64,000 nt of DNA from an uncultured Candidatus Binatia bacterium. Lineage in GTDB: Bacteria > Desulfobacterota > Binatia > Bin18. The position numbers and the translations under genes are program-made. The notes below the pieces were generated by a model. It worked only from the letters and a program-made list of their open reading frames with translations. It searched no databases and was not told the DNA's origin. Shown one piece after another: positions 40,182 to 51,472 of the stretch (its first letter is position 1; each line of letters opens with the position of its first letter). The DNA lies in assembly GCA_965214605.1 (NCBI GenBank), contig OZ243961.1, positions 4,224,001-4,288,000 on the forward strand. Direction: 5' to 3'.

Positions 40182-40348
40182 ATGGAGGCAAAACTCAAAC
40201 ATCTTGAATTCATGCAGGGCGTGATCAACCGTCTCGCCACCGATTCGTTTCGCGTGAAGGGATGGGTTGTGGTCCTAGTCCCTCCCTTCTGATGGAGTGG
40301 TTTCATCCCGGTGCTCGTCTTCTGGGGCCTCGACGGCGCCTTCTTAAC
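40182..40348 (+). pseudogene. Membrane protein remnant of the type found beside ThsB-like TIR genes
   Basis: MEAKLKHLEFMQGVINRLATDSFRVKGW...PVLVFWGLDGAFL. Confidence 0.55.
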
Positions 40349-40785
40349 CCGGCACCGCGCCGAGCTCGTCCAGACCCACCCGGAGTGTGTGGCGGCGCAC
40401 TATGCCAAGGCCGGGACCAGCGAACCAGCCGTCGCCTATTGGCTCCAAGCCGGCCAACGGGCCTACGGCCAGGCGGCCTATCGCGAGGCGGCCGCGCACC
40501 TGCAGCACGGCTTGGCCGCGCTGCCGCAGGTGGCCGATGCGGCGGCGCGCACCCCCCTCGAGTTTACGCTCCAGGCCTGGCTAGGGCGGGTGTGGGCGGC
40601 GGAGCGGAGTTTGCGGGCCCCCGAGGTCGCGCAGGCGTATGGGCGGGCCCACGAACTGGCCCCGCACCTGCCGGCGGACCGGACGCTGGCCCCCCTCCTG
40701 TGTGCCGTCCGGCAGTTTTATGCGGCCCGGGCCGAGTACCAGACCGCCCGGGAGTTGGCCGACCACCAGCTCACCGTCGCCGATG
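40349..40785 (+). pseudogene. TPR-region fragment of an adenylate cyclase/STAND ATPase
   Basis: PECVAAHY..AG..E.AVAYWLQAGQRA...AY.EA..HL..GL. Confidence 0.7.
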
Positions 40786-41135
40786 GTATGTCGAGTCCAA
40801 CAAGGTGCCGCCCCAGTTCACGAATCCCCCCGGTTATCAGAGCCCGGCAGCGAGCGTCGGGGTGCTGCGCGGTACGAGCGGCCTCTTCAAACTGTTCCAG
40901 CATCCCAGCTTGGAGCGCTTCATGGCCACCGGGCTGGTGTTTGCCGGTAATCCGGACAGTGTGTATCAGCAGATCAGGCACTTCTCCGCCTCCGTCGGCG
41001 GGTTTGGCCATATGCTGCTGCTGATGGGCCAAGCCAGGTACTGAGACTACCAGGAAACGGTCAAGGGGATGGAGTTGTTTGCCCGGGAAGTCTACCCGCG
41101 GCTCAAGGAGGGGGGAGGCCCCAACGTTCCTTGAA
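40780..41135 (+). pseudogene. C-terminal fragment of an LLM oxidoreductase
   Basis: PPGY...AGNPDSV.QQI...GGFGH...GMELFAREVYPRL (frameshifted). Confidence 0.7.
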
Positions 41136-41139
41136 CAGA

Positions 41140-41590
41140 CCCGGACGTCGTTGACCGCTCCAGGGATATTCGGGGCGCCCCGCCGGTCTGTGTAGGAACG
41201 CGGGCGGCGGTCGGGGCCTTGTTCGCTCATCTGGAGGCCGGGCGATGGGCTTTTCTGGACGATTGCCCCGCGGTGAGCCACGAGCCGGCGGGGAGTGGGC
41301 CGGGGAAGCTCTGGTGACCGACGTTCAGGCACATCGTTCTTGGCGAGGTGGGCTGTTACGGAGGCTCCCCTGGCCATGAGGGGTTAGACCGTTCAAGAGA
41401 AGGGTCGGAATGGAGAAAGTAACGGTGAGTTTTGGCCTAAGCCGAGACGGCGTTTGACGCTTTCCCGACAGGCGACCAAGGCCTGCTGGCATACCAACGG
41501 CATCTCAGCGCGGTGCCTCTGCCGATTCTCCTCCTCGCCGTACGGACGCATCGTCTCGCCGACGTCCCATCCTTCGAGCCCGGAGGGGCC
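41140..41590 (+). pseudogene. Degraded DUF433 / DUF5615(PIN-like) TA pair
   Basis: DIRGAPPVCVGTR..V.ALFAHLEAG, then TVQEKG.NG..NGE...FDAF.TGDQGL, with multiple frameshifts. Confidence 0.5.
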
Positions 41591-41725
41591 TGATTTGAAG
41601 TCCGGCACTGGCATGCGTGTTGCCCCAAGGGGCTGCTCCTGCCCGCTGATACCCCCAGCCCCCGCAATCTGATAAGACCTTGGGGCACGCTCAGGAAGAG
41701 CGACACGCATTGAGAAGGAGAGCGG

Positions 41726-42597
41726 ATGAAACTTGTCACGTTCACCCACGCTGGAGCAACCCGCATCGGGGTCTTGGACAACGCGGAGGTGGTAGACTTG
41801 GCCGCCGCCGTGCCCGCCCTGCCGCGCGAAATGCACGCCTTCCTGCGGGCCGGTGGTGGCGCCCTGGCCGCCGCCCGCCAAGCCATAAACAACGGCGTCG
41901 GCCGCCTGGCGCGGGGCGAGGTCACCATCGAGGCGCCGATTCTGCGCCCGCCCAAGATACTCGCGGTGGGCCTGAACTATAAAGATCACATTGCCGAGGC
42001 CGGCAGGAAACCGCCCGCGGTGCCGCTGATCTTTAACAAACAATCGACCGCCGTGACCGGTCCGACCCAATCCATGTGCCCCGGGCCTCGGCCCAGGTGG
42101 ACTATGAGTGCGAGCTGGCGGTCGTCATTGGACGCTTCTGCCGCCATGTGCCCAAAAGGCGGGCGGCGGCGGTGATTGCCGGCTATACCATTGCCAATGA
42201 TGTCAGCGTCCGGGATTGGCAGCTGCGGGTGCCGACCTTTACGATGGGCAAGTCGTGGGACACCCACTGTCCGCTCGGTCCGTGTCTGGTGACCGGGGAG
42301 GAACTCGGCGACCCGCGCGGCCTGGCGCTGCAGACCTGGGTCAATGGGGAGTTGCGTCAGGACTCGAACACCCGGGAGCTGCTGTTCGACTGTTTTGATC
42401 TGGTGGAGCATCTGTCCACGGCGTTTACGCTCGAGCCGGGGGACGTGATTTTGACCGGCACGCCGAGTGGGGTGGGGTTTGCCATGCGGCCGCCCCAGCT
42501 GCTCAAGCCGGGGGATAGGGTCCGGATGCGGATTGAGAACATTGGCCAGCTTGCGAACCCGGTGATTCCGGAGCCCGCCAGCACGCCGCGCCTCTGA
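41726..42597 (+). pseudogene. Fumarylacetoacetate hydrolase family protein, frameshift near 42068
   Basis: VGLNY.DH, F.K, DYECEL, NDVS.RD.Q, GKSWDT, TGTP.G. Confidence 0.88.
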
Positions 42598-42625
42598 GGC
42601 CGGCAAGACAGAGAAGGAGGCCCGT

Positions 42626-43327
42626 ATGCGCACTCGCCTGAGCACCCCCCGTATACCGCCCCTGGCAAAAGAGGATTGGGACGAACAGGTGCAGGCCATC
42701 TTGCGGCCCCTGGTCGATGCCGGGACGGTGTATAATATCTTCACGACCCTGGCCCACCATCCAGCCCTGCTCCGCCGGTGGCTGGCGTTCGCCAAGCATG
42801 TGCGGTGCAAATTGGAGCACCTGTACGGGGCTGGGCGTGGTCCGGGTAGCGGGGGGCCTCGCTCCCTCTTTTCCCGGCCTTTCGTGCTGGCTCTGCTGCT
42901 CTGGCTTGGGCCGTCTGCCGGTCAAGCCGACGAATGCGGGCCATTGTGCGACCGAGACTTCTGGAGATCAGCTACGCCGGAGGACGTCAAGACGTTACTG
43001 GCCACAGGGCTGAACGTCAACGCCCGTGATGAGACCGGTACCCCCCTGCATCGGGCGGCGGCGTTCAGTACGACCCCCGAAGTGGTTCGGGCGTTGGTAG
43101 CAGCGGGGGCGGCCGTCAACGCTCGTACTGAGAACGGCTGGACCCCCCTGCATGGTGCGGCGGCGGGGAGCACGACTCCTGGAGTGCTCGCGATAGTGCT
43201 CGATGCCGGGGCAGACCCGACAGCTAAGACGTCGGATGGCCGGACTGCTTTTGACCTGCTCCAAAGCAATAGCACCCTGAAAGGCACGCAGGTCTATTGG
43301 CGGCTGAACGACCTGCAATACGAATGA
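42626..43327 (+). CDS. Chimera: carboxymuconolactone decarboxylase-like N-terminus fused to a secreted-type ankyrin-repeat protein
   Basis: PRIPPL..NIFTTLAHHP.L..RW, then internal signal-like LALLLWLGPSAGQA, TPLHxAA repeats and LKGTQVYWRLNDL tail. Confidence 0.75.
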   Translation: MRTRLSTPRIPPLAKEDWDEQVQAILRPLVDAGTVYNIFTTLAHHPALLRRWLAFAKHVRCKLEHLYGAGRGPGSGGPRSLFSRPFVLALLLWLGPSAGQADECGPLCDRDFWRSATPEDVKTLLATGLNVNARDETGTPLHRAAAFSTTPEVVRALVAAGAAVNARTENGWTPLHGAAAGSTTPGVLAIVLDAGADPTAKTSDGRTAFDLLQSNSTLKGTQVYWRLNDLQYE

Positions 43328-43366
43328 CGGCGTTCCCGCCGCTGCCTGAGTGAGCCTCGCCCGCCG

Positions 43367-43835
43367 CTACAGATTGTCCCCCTCCCGCTCCAACACCGCG
43401 CCATACTTCCGCAGCGCCTGCTCGCGAAGGGCCGGCAGGTGGCCGGTCGGGAACCGCCCCGGGGTCCCTGTGTACTCGCGGAGGACTTGGCGCGCCACCG
43501 TCACTTTGTGGACCTCGGTCGGGCCGTCGGCGAGACCCATGACGAACGCCTCGGTAATCTGCTGCGAGAACGGCATTTCATTGGACACGCCCAAGGCGCC
43601 GTGCAGGTGGAGGGCGCGGGCGGCGACATCGTGGAAGACTTGGGGCATGACCGCCTTGATGGCGGCAATGTCGGTGCGGACCTTGCGATAGTCGTTGTAT
43701 TTGTCAATTTTCCAGGCGGTGCGGAGGACGAACAGGCGAAACTGTTCGATCTCGATCCACGAGTCGGCGATCTTCTCCTGCACCATCTGCTTCGTGGCCA
43801 GGAGTTCCCCCTGGGTCTCCCGTGAGAGGACCCGC
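43367..43835 (-). pseudogene. C-terminal fragment of an acyl-CoA dehydrogenase
   Basis: MCER.LSR.TQG..LA.KQMVQ, HGALGVS, LADGPTEVHK. Confidence 0.85.
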
Positions 43836-43844
43836 TCGCACAAC

Positions 43845-44040
43845 TGGCAACGGCAATGACTGGGAACAGGTGAAGAAAGGCGACGATGCCGTGATCAAGC
43901 GGTGGATTGCCGACCAGATGAAGTCCCGTTCGCACGGTCGTATTGGTCGGATCGAACACAGCCAGTCGCAAATGGATAGAGATCAACAAGGCATGGAAAG
44001 ACGGCATGGGGGTGGCCGGCATATACATTCACGGTTGGAA
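43845..44040 (+). pseudogene. ThsB-like (DUF1863) TIR domain fragment
   Basis: NDWEQVKKGDDAVIKRWIADQMK / VVLVGSNTASRKWIEI.KAW.DGMGV.GIYIHG. Confidence 0.75.
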
Positions 44041-44109
44041 CAAGGTGTTCCTTTCCAAACGGACGGCTGCTTGCGTGTGGCCGTGGGACACTCAATTATG
44101 GAAGAATGG

Positions 44110-45280
44110 CCACGATTCCCAAGGAGCACAAATGACTCGCCGCGGTGGATTTCCCCATTGCCGAGGTCTCCAAGCACGCGGTCCGGGAGAAGTCGATTCG
44201 GCATAGTCATCCCTCAACGTTGTACCTATGGTGGGCACGGCGACCTCCGGCATCGCCTCGGGCGGTGTTGATGGCGTTGCTACTGCTGGACCTATGCGAC
44301 CCGTACTGCCCGGCGGACTATCCTGAAATTCATCACCGACTTCGCCAACCGGGATCGTACTGACCGAACTTATCTTGATGTGAGCCGGGCGTTGGTGAAA
44401 GCGGCGCACGGCGAGGCATCTCCCCTGGTCGTGGACCCGTGCCGGAGGGGGATCGCTGCCGCTGGAGGCACTCCAGCTCGGCTGCGAGGCGTTCGCTAGC
44501 GACCTGAATCCCGTGGCGTGCCTTATCCTGAAAGTGGTGCTGGAGGACACCCTACGCCAGGGAGCCACACTGAGCGGGAAAGTTGTGCAAAGTCGGCGGC
44601 GGGATCAAGCGACAAGCTGAGCGGGAGCTGGCCGATCTGTATCCGGCTGACCCCGACGGCGCGACCCCGACTGCCTACCTCTGGGCGCGGACGGCGCGAT
44701 GCGCTGAGCTTGTGGGGTGGAGATTCCACTCAGGCGCTCATTCCAGCTGTGCAGGAAGCCCAAACGCAAGTAGGCTCTCCGGCACCAGGTTGAGCGGCCT
44801 AGTGGTTCGGCCCCGCGTGTTGAATTCGAAGCCTGAAGGGGCAGCTCTAGCAACTCAATCCGGCTCGGCCCCGCGTGTCGAGTTCGAAGTGCTCGAACCA
44901 AAAGTGGATAAGGAAGTGCACGGAGGCACGGTAACGCGCGCGAAGATGACCTGCATTTGTTGCGGCACAGTGCAACACCCACGCGGGTGCGGACACAGCT
45001 CGCAGAGTAAAAAGGTAGCGTGGACGTTGTCTTCGATGACGAGAGCCACTGGGACTGGTGGGGCTCGTATGACGGCAGTCGTAACTCTCCGCCCTGGGTA
45101 AGATCGGTAGAGCATTACAGGTTGCCGACCGATGGGGACTACGCGGTGGTGTGCAAGGCGCAGGAGCGTCTCGCCAATATCTTTGACGAGTACGAACGTA
45201 AAGGTAAACGGGGTCTTTGCCCGGTACCGGATAAGTCGCAGCCATTGAGAGGGACGCTGGGATTTCGCAGACAGCTGTAG
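44110..45280 (+). pseudogene. DUF1156 adenine methylase pseudogene
   Basis: [55 protein letters not shown]; many frameshifts. Confidence 0.85.
44804..44889. repeat. 28-bp imperfect direct repeat flanking a 30-bp insert
   Basis: GGTTCGGCCCCGCGTGTTGAATTCGAAG (44804-44831) vs GGCTCGGCCCCGCGTGTCGAGTTCGAAG (44862-44889). Confidence 0.85.
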
Positions 45281-45601
45281 GGCATGCTCCAGGGAAAGGC
45301 GGGGAGTTGGTGGTTCCGGACTCTGGTACCGCTCGCGCTCGGGTGCCGGACGCTCTGGCATTTTAGCTATCGCAGAACGGCATGGGGGGCGCTCGGCGCA
45401 GCAGCCTCCCTGGTGGCTGGGCTACTGAGCCCGAGAGCGATCGCGGTTTACGCGATCGTATTCAGCCTTCCGGTGTGGGCCGCGTGGCGGGGCTGAGTCA
45501 GGAGGACAGCGGGCCGAGCTCAGCAGGACCGTGGGTACACGGATTGTTCAAGAGGGGTCGGTCGCGGCGATACGCAGCCGGCCGCCGGTGTCCGAACGCG
45601 G

Positions 45602-46050
45602 CTAGGATGACGAGTCGATGTCACGGCCGAGCACTGTCAGGAGGCGCAGCAGATGCTCAAGCGGGTACTCGCGAAAGTCGCTCCGCAAGAGCCGAGAGAC
45701 ATCGGGCTGAGACAGTCCGAGCAAGCGCGCGGCCTCGGTCCGGGCGATGCCACGCTGACGGACGATGGCGTCGATGCGGCCGACGAGCTCTGCCTTCAGC
45801 AGGTGCACTTCAGCGTCGGGAAGGCCAAGGGTCCGCGAAGACGTTGCTGCTGCGTTCGACGGCTGGGTCGGATGTGGTCATGGTCCTAGCCATAGGTGTC
45901 CTAATAGTGCAGCTCGACGGCCTGCAAGTGGCTCCAGGCCAGGTCGAGCTCTTGCTTCGGCATGGCGATGCCCCGCTTGGCCTTCTTCTGGAAGGCGTGC
46001 AGGACATAGACTGCCGCTTGAAACCGGCCCGTCCCGTCGAAGGCGCGGTC
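45602..46050 (-). pseudogene. Degraded RelE/Gp49-like toxin + XRE-HTH antitoxin (HigBA-type)
   Basis: VYVLHAFQKK..GI..PK, then SSNVFAD/LKAEL...EAARLLGLSQPDVSRL. Confidence 0.8.
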
Positions 46051-46194
46051 TTCCTCATCAAGGGAAGCCTGTAAGGTGACTCTCCAGGCAAGGCGCGAAG
46101 GTCTCTGACGAACAGTGCGACGGCTGTACGGCGCTCCCATTGGAGGGGAGCGTGTTCGACTATTTGTGAGCATGCCGACTTTGATTATTGACGT

Positions 46195-46340
46195 ATCTCT
46201 ACAGAGCGGTTGCTAAAGCTCGCCGCGGATGAGGAGCGCTTCGAAAGGTTGAAACAGGCGTCAGTCTTCCAAAAACTGACGAACAACAAGAAACGCAAAG
46301 ACACGAAGGCTGGTAAGACACGACTCGGCCGTGCTGAGGA
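46195..46340 (+). pseudogene. Possible type I RM HsdM fragment
   Basis: ERLLKLAADEERFERLKQASVFQKL..KKRKD resembles an HsdM C-terminal segment. Confidence 0.35.
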
Positions 46341-46827
46341 GAACGACAGCATGCAGGAATCAAACAGCTGCACAGCGCGTAGTGCTACCTAGACGTTTGG
46401 GATGCTGGCATATGAGGCCGGGATGGCAACCATGGTGTATTCGAGACGGTCATCCAATTCACCGTTATCCGATCACTAACGGGCAGATGAGGAACATCGT
46501 GAGAGGGGTACGTAGAGCCACCGTGCGGTGGCAAGGCAGGGCGCAAGGGCCGATTCAAGTCCTTGAGATCTTGCGAGTGGTAGTTGGTATGGCTGTCGAG
46601 TAGTCCACGCGCGTTCTCAATATAGCTTTCATCTTCAAGAAGGCGCTCGCTCATCTCCTTATCAGCTATGTGGAGCAGAACGAGGAGATTACTGCCAAGC
46701 TCATGAACGGGACCTGCTTCCGTGAGATAGTCGGTGTTCACCCGCTCTAAGAGGTGTCCGAGCAGATTCGGTCAGACGTGCTGCATTAGGGGCACGGTAT
46801 ACCGTGCCCCTACAGGTCCCGAACTCC

Positions 46828-48657
<1,830 letters not shown>

Positions 48658-49350
48658 GGCCAAAACTCCTTACTCAATGGGGAAGCCTTCTCTACCAGGC
48701 GTTCCGGTTTTTCGTTCTGGGAGAGTCTCGCACAGGAGTCTCCTTTTGGCAAGCGGAAACCGAGGTGCTGCACAGCTCGGCCTCACTCCCCCTCAAACGA
48801 CATCGCCCGCCAGCCCGCATGAGCCGGGTCATCTGTCGTACGTCCTTGTGGGGCATTCTCTCTGGGCTTTTGAAAAAGGTTCTTACCCCAGGAAGCGTTT
48901 GTCCGTGATGGCCGGAAGGGCATGCCTCTCACCACCGGAATCAGGCGTGTCAGACCAGCTTTGAGGGATGGGCAGGCCGGGGCGGTCAGGGCTCGGCTAA
49001 TAATCCTGGGTTGCCAACCGCAACAGCTCACTATCTTTAGCGCCGCACGCGCTCTCTCGGCCTGCCCCCAGTCCCTATAAGTCCTCATACTGGCCGCAGT
49101 ACGTGCACGACGGCTGGGGGCCACAGCGCAACGTCTCTTCAAAAGCCATGCTGAGCCGATGTGGTCTTTCGTCAGTATCCCCCCACTATCTGCCCGTCTG
49201 TTGACAGCCGGTCAATCAGAGGGCGTCTCGCATTGTCGCGGGTCTATAGCCCCTGCTGCTCCGGTTTACGTTCGATGCGTAGCGCCCGATCGGTCTTTCT
49301 GGTCTACCTCAGGTCTGTTAGGCTGATCAAAACGAGAAAGGAGTAACCCT

Positions 49351-50112
49351 ATGGCAGGATTAGTAGAGGGAAAAGTCGCGCTGATCACCGGAGGCAGCAC
49401 CGGGATTGGCCGGGCCTGCGCCCAGATTTTTGTCCGGGAAGGGGCACAGGTGGCGGTGGCCGATGTGAATGTTGAAGACGCTGAGGAAACCGTGCGGTTG
49501 ATACAAGACGCTGGTGGCGAAGCGGTCTTTATCCGCACCGATGTATCCAAGGCGGCGGATGTTGAGGCGATGGTTAAGACCGTGATCAAGACCTACGGCC
49601 GGCTGGACTGCGCGTTCAATAACGCCGGCATCGAGGGTGAAGTCCGGTCCACCCAGGAGTACGCTGGGGCGACCTGGGATCGGGTGATCGCCATTAACCT
49701 TAAAGGCGTGTGGCTGAGCATGAAGGCCGAAATCCAGCACATGCTCAGCCGCGGCGGTGGGGCGATTGTGAATACCGCTTCTGCCGCCGGCCTTGTTGCC
49801 GTGCCGGACATGTCGGCCTATGTGGCGGCCAAACACGGGGTGGTCGGACTGACCAAAACCGCCGCCCTAGAGTACGCGAAGGCCGGTATCCGGGTTAACG
49901 CCGTGTGTCCAGGGGGCGTGGATACGCCGATGCTCAGACGGGTCTTTACCAACAACCCGCCGGCCGCCGAGGCCGTGGCGGCTGCTGAGCCGGTCGGGCG
50001 TCTGGCCCAGCCGGCCGAGATTGGCGAGGCTGTGGTGTGGTTATGTTCCGAGGCCGCCTCTTTTGTCACCGGCCACCCGATGGTGGTGGATGGCGGCTTT
50101 GTGGCTCAATAG
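49351..50112 (+). CDS. Classical SDR oxidoreductase
   Basis: TGGSTGIG, NNAG, YVAAK. Confidence 0.95.
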   Translation: MAGLVEGKVALITGGSTGIGRACAQIFVREGAQVAVADVNVEDAEETVRLIQDAGGEAVFIRTDVSKAADVEAMVKTVIKTYGRLDCAFNNAGIEGEVRSTQEYAGATWDRVIAINLKGVWLSMKAEIQHMLSRGGGAIVNTASAAGLVAVPDMSAYVAAKHGVVGLTKTAALEYAKAGIRVNAVCPGGVDTPMLRRVFTNNPPAAEAVAAAEPVGRLAQPAEIGEAVVWLCSEAASFVTGHPMVVDGGFVAQ

Positions 50113-50141
50113 GCGAGGCGCCTCTTTCCCTTGCAATTTTC

Positions 50142-50166
50142 CCCACATGTGCAAAACACATGTGGG
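50142..50166. promoter_or_regulatory. Perfect nested palindrome upstream of an amidohydrolase (operator or hairpin)
   Basis: CCCACATGTG-CAAAA-CACATGTGGG, just after TTGCAA at 50131. Confidence 0.5.
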
Positions 50167-50204
50167 AGATAGGACTGTATGCATCTGACCTAAGGAGGAC
50201 AACT

Positions 50205-51398
50205 ATGAGCGGTTACACGATTATTGACGTGGATACCCACGTCACAGAAACGCCCGACCTCTGGACGAGCCGGGCCCCGGCTTCAGTCCGTGACCTCGTC
50301 CCGCGTATTGAGACGAACAAAGACGGAGCCCTGTCGTGGATTGTGGGCGGTACGCCGATGTTGGCCAGTCCTGGCTTAACAGCCACCGCCGGGGTGGGGA
50401 ATTTCAAGAATCCGCCCAAGAATTATGAGGAGATGCACCCTGGGGCGTACGATGCCAATGAGCGGCTGAAATATATGGACAAGATGGGTATCTGGGCTAT
50501 GGTCATGTATCCCAACGTTGGTGGCTTTGGCGCCCAAGAGTTCTTAAAGCTGAATGATCCCGAACTGATGCTCACCTGCGTCCAGATCTACAACGACTGG
50601 CAGACCGAATGGGCGTCGGCCGACTCCCGCCGCCTACTGCCCATTACCTCAATATCCTTCTGGGATGTTGACGCCGCAGTTAAGGAAGTCCGCCGGTGCG
50701 CAGCGATGGGCCACAAGGGGATTCTGTTCACGGGCGAGCCACAGTCCTTTGACCAGCCGCTGCTCGGCGATCCCCACTGGAATCCGTTGTGGGAAGTCGC
50801 GGTTGAACTAGACCTGCCAATTAGCTTCCATATTGGATCGGGCAACATGGAGCTGGGGTTGCTGGAGAGTAGGATTAGTTCCTATGGCAAAATGGCGGCT
50901 TTTACCGAACTGTCGGTCGATATCTTCTTGAAAAACGCGATGCAGCTGAATGACTTGATCATGTCTGGGGTGTTGGCCCGTTACCCGGACATTAAGTTCA
51001 TTTCGGTTGAGAGCGGGATTGGCTGGATTCCGTTTGCGCTTGAAGCCCTTGATTACCAGTTCCACGGTAACGATGTGTCTGAGGAGCACCCCGAGTTCGA
51101 CCTGCTCCCGTCAGAGTATTTCGCCCGCAACGTCTACGCGTGCTACTGGTTTGAGCAGCTTGCCCCACGGCGGCTGATCGACAAGGTTGGGGCTGATAAT
51201 ATTTTGTTTGAGACTGACTTTCCGCATCCCACCTCGCTATACGGCGACGAAGTCCACAGCCGGATCAAGGGCGGCCTGTCTGACTGTGAAGAGGTGGTGC
51301 GGCGCAAGATCCTGTGGGAGAACGGTCAGAAACTGTACAAGGTTGAGGAGCCAACGGCCGAGGACGAGGTTAAGCGCGAGCAGGCGCTTGCTGCCTAA
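50205..51398 (+). CDS. Amidohydrolase family 2 protein
   Basis: DVDTH, YNDW, FHIG, FETDFPH; AAGGAGG RBS. Confidence 0.92.
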   Translation: MSGYTIIDVDTHVTETPDLWTSRAPASVRDLVPRIETNKDGALSWIVGGTPMLASPGLTATAGVGNFKNPPKNYEEMHPGAYDANERLKYMDKMGIWAMVMYPNVGGFGAQEFLKLNDPELMLTCVQIYNDWQTEWASADSRRLLPITSISFWDVDAAVKEVRRCAAMGHKGILFTGEPQSFDQPLLGDPHWNPLWEVAVELDLPISFHIGSGNMELGLLESRISSYGKMAAFTELSVDIFLKNAMQLNDLIMSGVLARYPDIKFISVESGIGWIPFALEALDYQFHGNDVSEEHPEFDLLPSEYFARNVYACYWFEQLAPRRLIDKVGADNILFETDFPHPTSLYGDEVHSRIKGGLSDCEEVVRRKILWENGQKLYKVEEPTAEDEVKREQALAA

Positions 51399-51433
51399 GG
51401 TACAAAGAGCCCCTCTTTTCTTCTGTTCAGGAA

Positions 51434-51465
51434 GCTGCCGGGCCAGCAGACTGTGGTCCGGCAGC
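51434..51465. terminator. Hairpin between convergent genes
   Basis: GCTGCCGGGCCA...TGGTCCGGCAGC; no clear U tract. Confidence 0.4.
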
Positions 51466-51472
51466 GGTGTCC

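Noticed and set aside
48960-49150. Possible IS630 N-terminal remnant on the minus strand
   Set aside because: Similarity (ERAR..IV.C) is too weak to support
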